A DNA stretch of 64,000 bases from Octopus sinensis (taxonomy: Eukaryota), in NCBI RefSeq assembly GCF_006345805.1, contig NC_043010.1, forward strand, positions 41,416,001 to 41,480,000, written 5' to 3'. The notes under the pieces are model-generated. The model was not told the DNA's origin and searched no databases. It saw nothing but the letters and a program-made list of their open reading frames with translations. Position numbers and translations under genes: made by a program. Of this stretch, positions 54,694-64,000 are shown piece after piece. Within the stretch, counting starts at the first letter, position 1, and every line of letters begins with the position of its first letter.

Positions 54694-54802
54694 GGTTACT
54701 GATGAGAATTCGCCTGGTGGATAATATTGTTTTGCTAAATTACCTATTAAAGGATGGCAAATAATCTTATTTGCAAAAGAAATTCGAAACCATGGTATAA
54801 CC
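54694..54802 (+). ncRNA. Type I hammerhead ribozyme with a long helix-II insert
   Basis: GGTTA-CTGATGA-GAATT...AATTC-GAAAC-CATG-GTA-TAACC, followed by AATAAA. Confidence 0.85.
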
Positions 54803-55132
54803 ACTAATAAAAATAACAGGGTAAAAGTTTTTATTTTTCATTTACTTCGAAAATTGCTATTAAATCGTGGTTTTGGTCGTGTTGGCTGCTATTTCTAGCA
54901 TGTAAAAATTACCTGTTAAAGGGTAGTTTTCTTTTGTGTTTAAATGTACACTATTTTAAAATACATATATATATATACATACATATATATATATAAACTG
55001 TCTTTTTGTAATTAATTAATAAATAATTGATGCCAATCAATTGTTATTCATTAATTGTATCTCCATTTCCTGTTTTCCTTCTATATACATACATACATAC
55101 ATACATACATACATACATACATACATACACAC

Positions 55133-55176
<44 letters not shown>

Positions 55177-55178
55177 AC

Positions 55179-55240
<62 letters not shown>

Positions 55241-55241
<1 letters not shown>

Positions 55242-55448
55242 ACGGAGATGTACTCGCATAGCAAGTGAGATGCAGCACGGATGTACTCGCATAGCAAGTG
55301 AGATGCAGCACGGATTTTTGTCAGTGAACAGGTCGCGGATTTTAGCGACGATAATATTTTGACAAATTAAACTTAAATGTTGAAGTGAATCGAACGGCTT
55401 TTGTGTGTTTCTTAAATGGCTTATAAACACCTTCCACGCTGCAATTGT
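55241..55448 (+). mobile_element. (TA)n-embedded short element with a variant HHR (same family as 59083)
   Basis: Matches 59240-59379; carries a 33-bp tandem duplication at about 55248-55313. Confidence 0.8.
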
Positions 55449-55468
55449 ATAATATATATATCGATAAT

Positions 55469-55542
<74 letters not shown>

Positions 55543-55543
<1 letters not shown>

Positions 55544-55690
55544 GACGGGCTTCTTCCAGTTTCCGTCCACAGTCTACTCACAAACTTTGGTCGTCCCGAG
55601 ACTATAGTAGAAAACACTTGCCCAAGGTGCCACGCAGCAGGACTAAAGCCAGAACCATATGATTGAGAAGCAAGCTTCTTACTACACAGT
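55543..55690 (-). mobile_element. SINE family A 5' fragment
   Basis: Reverse complement of the head. Confidence 0.75.
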
Positions 55691-55859
55691 CGGTCTCATA
55701 TTTATATACACACACAGACACACACACACACACACAACACACACACACACACACACAGATTTATATATGTAGAAAAATCCGAGATGGTGCTGCCTTGTTT
55801 GAAGATAGGCAGAAACATGAACTGATAAAAGAAATGACGAGCTGCAATCTAATGACTGT

Positions 55860-55959
55860 NNNNNNNNNNNNNNNNNNNNNNNNNNNNNNNNNNNNNNNNN
55901 NNNNNNNNNNNNNNNNNNNNNNNNNNNNNNNNNNNNNNNNNNNNNNNNNNNNNNNNNNN
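55860..55959. other. Assembly gap (100 N)
   Basis: Run of N. Confidence 1.
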
Positions 55960-56257
55960 CCTGAAATCATGGTTCCTATTATGGGGTGAAAGTTTATATT
56001 TAATTTTAGTGTTTTATTTGAGTGGGGGTACCAGCTAGTAGGACGTTTATATTGCGCCATTTTTCATAATAGTTTGGTTAGTTCAAGGGAGATAACTCTT
56101 TGATTCGCCTTTATAAATTGAATAAGATACTTAAAACCATCAGATAGTAAACTAATCAGCCAATTAGCTAATCAATCAATTGATTAATCAATCAATTGTG
56201 TTTATTGGGGTTTGTATATTAATGCTTTCGCTCATATATATATATATTATATATATA

Positions 56258-56294
<37 letters not shown>

Positions 56295-56369
56295 TATATA
56301 TAATATATATATATATACCGGAGTAAAACACATAAATGTGAAACAAGGTGGAAAAAAGAGTATTCAAAT

Positions 56370-56515
56370 ACCTATTTCTTTACGACCTACAAGGGGCTAA
56401 ACACAGAAAGGACAAACAAGGACAGACAAACGGATTAGGTCGATTACATCGACCCAGTGCGAAACTGGTGCTTAATTTATCGACCCCGAAAGGATAAAGG
56501 CAAAGTCGACCTCGG
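56370..56515 (-). mobile_element. SINE family B 3' fragment
   Basis: Core and tail. Confidence 0.85.
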
Positions 56516-56584
56516 AAAAGAGTCATTCATACCAGTGGTAGAGTAATATGCTTTATTCAAAAGCAGCAGAAAATTCAACAAAAC

Positions 56585-56621
56585 TGTTTACTCTCAGTTT
56601 CACGTTCCCGTTCGTCGGACA
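56585..56621 (-). ncRNA. Minimal hammerhead-like motif, U4C variant
   Basis: TGT-CCGACGA-ACG-GGAA-CGT-GAAAC-TGAGA-GTA-AACA. Confidence 0.55.
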
Positions 56622-56670
56622 TTTTTTGCTAGAATTTTATAATATACATATATATATATATATGATATAC

Positions 56671-56708
<38 letters not shown>

Positions 56709-57009
56709 TAACACACACATACACAAGTATACACACATACATATACATACAGATATATATATATATGCACATAACAAATCTATGATTCAGTTTTGGGGAT
56801 AGTATTTGTGGGTTTTAATTTAATTATTTAATTATATTATTAAAGATGAACTAGTTTATGTAAATTTATTTAAGATATATTAAATATGCATACTCACATA
56901 CGCACACAAGTATACGTACACACACATATACATACAGATATATATGCACATACAAATTTATGATTCAGTCTTGAGGATAGTACTAAATAATGTTAATACT
57001 CTGCATATT

Positions 57010-57410
57010 ACTCTTTACTCTTTTTACTCTTTTACTTGTTTCAGTCATTTGACTGCGGCCATGCTGGAGCACCGCCTTTAGTCGAGCAAATCGACCCCAG
57101 GACTTATTCTTTGTAAGCCCAGTACTTATTCTATCGATCTCTTTTGCCGAACCGCTAGGTGACGGGGACGTAAACACACCAGCATCGGTTGTCAAGCGAT
57201 GTTGGGGGGACAAACACAGACACACACATACATATATATACATATATACGACAGGCTTCTTTCAGTTTCCGTCTACCAAATCCACTCACAAGGCATTGGT
57301 CGGCCCGGAGCTATAGCAGAAGACACTTACCCAAGATGTAACGCAGTGGACTGAACCCGGAACCATGTGGTTGGTTAGCAAGCTACTTACCACACAGCCA
57401 CTCCTGCGCC
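57010..57410 (-). mobile_element. SINE family A, full length
   Basis: Reverse complement of the consensus. Confidence 0.92.
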
Positions 57411-57713
57411 TATTAGTGGGTTGTAGTTTAACTATTTAATTTTATTATTAAATATGACTCAAATTGTATCACTACGGAATAGACATTGAAGGTTTGTTTT
57501 AAAGAAGAAAAAAATATGAAGGAAAAGGGGGGGAAAAAAAAGAAAAAAGAAAAAAAAGGAAAAAATTTCTTTAGAAAAGAAAAAATTGTAAAATTGTTAA
57601 GTTAAATGAAACCAACCGAGCGTGGGTCGATTGGCGACATTCCACCTTTCATTATTATGACATTTATTCATTTTTTAGTATTTTTGTTATTATTTATTAC
57701 TCATCCCCCCATA

Positions 57714-58470
57714 AGGCGGCGAGCTGGCAGAAACGTTAGCACGCCGGGCGAAATGCGTAGCCGTATTTCGTCGTTCGTTACGTTCTGAGTTCAAATTCCG
57801 CCGAGGTCGACTTTGCCTTTCATCCTTTCGGGGTCGGTTAAATAAGTACCAGTTACGTACTGGGATCGATATAATCGACCTAATCCGTTTGTCTGTCCTT
57901 GTTTGTCCTCTCTGTGGGTAGTAAAAAAATAGGTATTTCGTCTGCCGTTACGTTCTGAGTTCAAATTCTGCCGAGGTCGACTTTGCCTTTCATCCTTTAG
58001 GGGTCGATTAAATAAGTACCAGTTACGCACTGGGGTCGATACAATCGACCTAATCCATTTGTCTGTCCTTGTTTGTCCTCTCTGTATTTAGCCCCTTGTG
58101 GGTAGTAAAGAAATAGGTATTTCGTCTGCCGTTACGTTCTGAGTTCAAATTCTGCCGAGGTCGACTTTGCTTTTCATCCTTTCGGAGTCGATTAAATAAG
58201 TACCAGTTACGCACTGGCTCGATATAATCGACTTAATCCGTTTGCCTGTCCTTGTTTGTCCTCTCTGTGTTTAGCCCCTTGTGGGTAGTAAAGAAATAAG
58301 TATTTCGTCTGTCTTAACGTTCTGAGTTCAAATTCTGCCGAGGTCGACTTTGCCTTTCATCCTTTCGGAGTCGATTAAATAAGTACCAGTTGCATACTAG
58401 GGTCGATCTAATCGACTGACTCCCTCCTCCAAAAAGAATTTAGGGCTTAGTGCCTAGAGTAGAAAATATT
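57714..58470 (+). mobile_element. SINE family B tandem multimer (one head plus four units)
   Basis: Junction AAATA(G/A)GTATTTCGTCTG at about 57930, 58115 and 58298. Confidence 0.92.
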
Positions 58471-58589
58471 ACTCATCCTCATTTAATTTCCCCACATTCA
58501 TTGTATTGACTCTCTGTGTTCGTCCCTGGTGGGTAATAAAAAATCAAACCATTTAATAAATTTCCAGCGCAAACACTATTCTTTTCATT

Positions 58590-58675
58590 TTCCCTGATGA
58601 TGGGGGCATTCCTTGGAAGTGAACCATAAGATTCACATGTACTCTTTGAACGTACTCTAGAAACGATCGCCGGAA
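58590..58675 (+). ncRNA. Degenerate hammerhead motif
   Basis: TTCC-CTGATGA-TGGGG...CTCTA-GAAAC-GATC-GCC-GGAA; GCC in place of GTC. Confidence 0.5.
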
Positions 58676-59026
58676 TACTTTATTTCCTTTAAACATGGTA
58701 CCTAAAACTCTTTTTAAACATTCATTACTCCCTCCATTTCATAATTTATTTTGAATTTTCAAAAGAAGTGACTTTCTATATTTCATTCTATTTATCTATA
58801 TTTTTATCTATACTCTGTTATGTGTATATATCTATATATTCATTTGTCCATGTATATTCTTAGAATTCAAATATTTTTTTATATTCCAAATGTATTAATA
58901 TATGTTTTAGACTGGACAACTCTATCATAATTAATTCCGTATATGTATGTATCAATCGTAGTCTCCTAATTTGAACGCCTTCTCTGTATCTCTTATACGT
59001 ATATATATGTGTGTATGTGTATGTAA

Positions 59027-59082
<56 letters not shown>

Positions 59083-59084
<2 letters not shown>

Positions 59085-59379
59085 CAATTGCAGCGTGGAA
59101 GGTGTTTATAAGCCATTGAAGAAACACACAAAAGCCGTTCGATTCACTTCAACATTTAAGTTTAATTTGTCAAATATTTTCGTCGCTAAAATCCGCGACC
59201 TGTTCACTGACAAAGTCCGTGCTGCATCACGTGATGCAGCACGGACTTTGTCAGTGACAGGTCGCAGTCTCAAAGCGACGAAAATATTTTGACAAATTAA
59301 ACTTAAATGTTGAAGTGAATCGAACAACTTTTGTGTGTTTCTTAAATGGCTTATAAACACCTTCCACGCTGCAATTGTT
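59083..59379. repeat. Near-perfect palindrome of about 297 bp with a variant HHR on each arm
   Basis: Centre CACGTG at 59228-59233; (TA)n flanks. Confidence 0.92.
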
Positions 59380-59469
59380 TTCGTTTCAGCACACGATCTC
59401 AGATCAAATTACTTGCTATGCGAGTACATCTCCGTAATATATATATATATATATAATATTATATATATA

Positions 59470-59504
<35 letters not shown>

Positions 59505-59515
59505 ATGTTTATATC

Positions 59516-59741
59516 TCTCTTTTTACTCTCTCTTACTTGTTTCAATCATTCGACTGCGGCCATGCTGGAGCACTGCCTTCAGTCGCGCAAATCGACCCCA
59601 GGATTTATTCTTTGGAAGCCTAGTACTTAATCTATCGGTCTCTTTTGCCGAACCGCTAAGTTACGGGGACGTAAACACACTATCATCAGTTGTCACGCGA
59701 TGTTGGGTGACAAACACAGGCACACAAACATATGCACACAC

Positions 59742-59745
<4 letters not shown>
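59516..59745 (-). mobile_element. SINE family A 3' half
   Basis: Reverse complement of body and tail. Confidence 0.85.
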
Positions 59746-59807
<62 letters not shown>

Positions 59808-59899
59808 TTAGGGATTAAATCCAAACTTACAGGGGAAAATTAGATTAAAGATTAAATCAAATTTCACAGTATAAATATAAATTAAATTAGAGATAAAAT

Positions 59900-60168
59900 A
59901 TAAAATGGGACAAGAACGCAAAACATCCAGATAGATGATACAAAAGCACGAAGCCTTTAATCTTCAGTCAGGAACCGGATCATCCTCGCAATTTCGGCTG
60001 ATTAACCTTGAGATTGCTCCAATCTGGCCAGCGCCAAGGAAAAACTAAGCTAAGAGCATTAGATTTCTTGGAGAAATGCTTCGAATGTATACAAAATGAG
60101 GACGGAAAAACGGATGATGTTACACGAATATAAATACAAAAATAATACAAAAAACAATAATAATAATA

Positions 60169-60214
<46 letters not shown>

Positions 60215-60322
60215 TCTTTTATTGGGTACAAGGGCTGACAAAAATTAATTATAACAAAAAAGGGACAAAACAGGACGAAAGGTTACAAAGGGTTTTGTCC
60301 GTTTGTAAAAAACCGTGTAATA

Positions 60323-60378
<56 letters not shown>

Positions 60379-60755
60379 GGACATAACAACAGGCGTCTTT
60401 CGACTGGAGACGAATTGAATTCAACTGTCGTGTTGGGAATTAAGCCTTACGGCAGAGTAAAATTATCAGTGTGACAGCGACTGCGGCCAAGCGCAAAAGG
60501 GCCAGCGATCACGTGAGAAGAGAAGAGAGAGAAAAAGAGGAACAAAGGAATTAAGGTGGGGGAGAAGAGAGAGAGCGAGAGAGAGTGTGTAGACGGAAGA
60601 ATCAGGGAGTGGCGAGCAAAAAGGGAGAGACAGGGACAAAGTGAAGTGCAAAGTAAGAAAGGCAAAGAGATGTGAGAGAGAGGGAGAGAGAGAGTGTTGA
60701 AGAAGTCGTACAAAGTTTAGTGAAATGTGTACTTACATATAAGAGAACATGAACG
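59900..60755. repeat. Copy of the 6128 repeat family with an inserted Tx1-like tail and (AAT)n
   Basis: Collinear with 6128-7245 apart from about 60140-60372. Confidence 0.75.
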
Positions 60756-60769
60756 TTTATATGTATACA

Positions 60770-60800
<31 letters not shown>

Positions 60801-61014
60801 ATGAATGTCTGCCTGTGTGTGTCTTCATCTCTCTCATTTCTTTCTCTCTCTCTCTCTCTCTCTCCCTCAATTTCTCTATTTTTTCTCTGTTGTAAAACCC
60901 TTTTATTCGTATTCGTTTTATCTTTTCATTGATTTTTCTCTTCAGTTCAATACAACAACGATCAATAACTGTCATTCAGTACTTTCATTTAAACTTATTT
61001 ACGAGACAATTAAT

Positions 61015-61015
61015 C

Positions 61016-61046
<31 letters not shown>

Positions 61047-61442
61047 TGTATGTATGTATGTATGTGTGTATGTGTGTGTATGTATGTGTGTATGTGTGTC
61101 TGTGTGTATGTACGTATGTGTGTGTATGTATGTATGCATGCATGCATGTATGTACGTATTCATGCATGTATGTATGTATGTGTGTGTATGTGTGTATGTA
61201 TGTATGCATGCATGTGTGTATATATGTATGTATGTATGCATGCATGTATGTATGTATGTATGCATGCATGCACGCATGTATGTATGTGTGTGTATGTGTG
61301 TATGTATGTATGTATGTATGTATGTATGTATGTATGTGTGTGTATGTGTGTATGCATGCATGTATGCATGTATGTATGTATGTGTATGTATGTATGTATG
61401 TATGTATGTATGTATGTATGCATGCATGCATGTATGTATGTA
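61015..61442. repeat. (TATG)n compound microsatellite
   Basis: Directly visible. Confidence 0.95.
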
Positions 61443-61982
61443 TAACTATATGCAGATATGTGCAATGTATGTGAGTAGAGGAATATATACCGCTACATTC
61501 ATAAAATCATTATGCACTGTTGCCGTGTTGGTAATCTGTCGGGGATTATGATTTAATAGGTGTTAATCTCTGTAATTCTCCCCAGGATTATAATTTTGAC
61601 ATAATGGGTCGCAGGTCGAACACAAGATAAACTAGTAAAATAATGATTTAGGATGTAGCCACGAGTTCAAGGAGAGAAACAACAAAGGCGATGTTTTTCT
61701 CCAGCTTACACACACACATATGTGTAAGTGTACACAGTATACATTCAATACATAAATAGATATATACCCACACACTATAGAGAGAGCGAGGGAGGAAGGG
61801 AGAGTAAGAGAAATCAGTCAATCAAATCTACATTGCCTACGTAATAAGGGAGCATACTCTTGCTATAACCTATCGTTTGTGAGTGTGAATGAGTGTGGAG
61901 GGGTGCGTGCGCGCAAGTTTTGGATAATCTTTCCACCATTTTTATTTTTCACCTGTTTTGGTGGGGAGACAAAATAGATTAT

Positions 61983-62392
61983 GGATCTTTTCGGTTTGAA
62001 CGGCAGTTTTTTTTTAATAATTGCCACGTAACTAAACACTTTTAAACTTCGTATACTGGTAGAATGTGTTTATAAAACATCTTTTTCTCTTGGCTTTATT
62101 GAGAAAATTCTATAGTTTATAAGATATTTGTTATTTTTTTCTTCAATTTCTGCAATTTCAACCAATCAATGACGTCCATTGAGGTAAAAAAAACAAACCA
62201 TTCTGTGCCGTATGAATATGTCCCTCGTTTAAGAAACAGATTGGGTTTATTTACATTTGTGAAGAAAAAAAGATACCCTTCCCCCTAACCTTAAAACAGA
62301 TTGAAATGCAATAGATCGATACTAGGGTCATAATTATGGGTGACAATTTAATGACCCCGCTAGAAAAACTGCCGTTCAAACCGAAAAGATCC
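61983..62392. mobile_element. MITE, same family as 10066, in opposite orientation
   Basis: TIRs GGATCTTTTCGGTTTGAACGGCAGTTTTT / AAAAACTGCCGTTCAAACCGAAAAGATCC. Confidence 0.88.
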
Positions 62393-62849
62393 CCATCTTT
62401 CATATTTATGCTTGATGAGGATATATATCACCTAACTGAAATGAATATTCAGTTAGGATCATGGCAGAAGTTAGTTTCATGGTTTTCTTTCCTTAGTCTT
62501 GTACTTATTTTTATGTAATTATCCATGTATTAATTGGGTCATTATGTAAGTACATGATCAGGGGAAGAAAACTCATTGTATCTACTCCCTTCATATCCCT
62601 AGCAGAATGATCATCGAATGAAATTATCTGCATTCACTCAACACAACCCGTGAAAATCACGGAATCAGAGTGCTTGCTACATTGACGCTCTACATTGTGT
62701 CACATGCATCATCAACCACTACCAGAATGATGGATGCATATTCATCTGTGTTATTCAAATTCATGCTCATATGCGTGTGTGTGTGAGACGGTTGTAATAT
62801 ACGCGTTTGCAACATCCCGCCGATATTTTAGGAACAGCTTCCTCTTATT

Positions 62850-64000
62850 CCATTTCAGAGTGATACTAGCCACCCTTCTCGTCACCTCTCCCCACCCACC
62901 ATCACCACAAGTTCTTGTCCACCCGGAAGTTCGGGCGAAATCAGATCCCGAGTATTTTAACCGACTCCTCCGTTCAGTGCCCCCACGACGCTGTCACGTG
63001 GCGTGTACCTGCTTCTCTAACTCCCGAGCCTCGATCCCACCGACTTCTCATTGTTAATCTTTGCTCCTGTTACTGCTTCGCATTCCGAGTTGTCCAACAC
63101 TGTAACAGCGACGTCGTCCACATAAGCCGATACGAGTCTTTCGCATGCTAGCTCACGCGGAAAGCCCTTCGAAATATTCAACTCTCTGATGTAGTGCGAG
63201 AGATGGAGATTGTCGTGGATAAATCTGTTTGGGATAGCGCATACCTGTGCATCACCAACCAGTTTATTGACTACAAACACCTTAGTCAAAATCTTGTAAC
63301 CTGCGTTTAGCAGAGTTACAGGCCTTAAATTATCTATTTCGTACCCCCTGACCGAATCCTATCTCACAGCACTAGGAATCCTCCTGTTCTACTGCCAAGA
63401 GACACCGAACAAATCTGGCATATGAAGATAAAGTCCAAAGGACAGGCCATTCAAACCCGGAGGCTTCTCCCTTGTGCAGCTAGTCATCGCGTTCCGTATA
63501 TCTCCGGCTGTTATCAGTAATTTGCAGATCGCTGTATCCCTGGCCGAAATGTATGGCATGCTGTCAAGTTAGTGGGTGAAATCTACTCTCGTCTCCGACC
63601 CATCGCGCACTCCGTACAGTTGGTAAAATGCTGCTGAAGTTCCGTACATGTCTGCTTGGATTCGAGTAGCAAGAGCCCGTTCCAGGCCGTCAAAACCGAA
63701 TTGTAGCTTTGTTGCCACGTTGCGCTGCCGCCACCTGGCCCCATCGAAAGGCTTTTGTCAGTTCATGACTTACAGCACGCATCCCTAGCTCTGACAACGC
63801 AGCCTTCGTGCTTGGCACTGAAGATATTGATCAAGAGCCAATCTTGCCACCAGTACATCAGTCGCTAAGCCACTTCTAAATCCCCTTTCCTGCTTCCTAA
63901 TTAGGTATCCCTCTAAAGCTATTTCATTGCTAAACCCTCTACACTGATAGCCTTTTTCAGGGCTAACCACGATCGATTGTTGACGATTGCATCCGACAAC
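62850..64000 (-). mobile_element. Tx1-like LINE ORF2 RT remnant
   Basis: KPPGLNGLS, DNLRPVTLLNAGYKILTKV, QVCAIPNRFIHDNLHL, VSAYVDDV, YEAVTGAKIN-like motif. Confidence 0.85.

Noticed and set aside
57714-58470. CRISPR-like or satellite array
   Set aside because: The units are about 180-bp SINE bodies with no unique spacers, in a eukaryotic context

Overview
Repeat-dense eukaryotic (animal) DNA with no bacterial features and no confidently intact protein-coding gene. The SINE families and microsatellite style resemble octopus/cephalopod genomes (inference from recognition, not a search). Contents: about 25 copies of several tRNA-derived SINE families; decayed Tx1/L1-clade, CR1, RTE, Vingi-like, Gypsy, Helitron and Penelope-like (PLE) remnants; two MITEs; two 1.3-1.6 kb tandem duplications; many microsatellites; and a 100-N gap. 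The most notable signal is a set of type-I hammerhead ribozyme (HHR) motifs, mostly in short (TA)n-embedded PLE-type or foldback elements. These include canonical cores with a very long helix-II insert (5889-5994, 54694-54802), U4C-variant cores in two unrelated families (14212-14246, 56585-56621), and a family whose consensus core has a swapped G3:C8 pair (55317-55366, 59166-59214, 59247-59296). Other observations are a GIY-YIG remnant ending in a tRNA-like structure, SINE multimers with a fixed junction and Tx1-like tails, and a weak chain of minus-strand micro-exon candidates. All alignments and folds were done by eye, and remnant boundaries are approximate.
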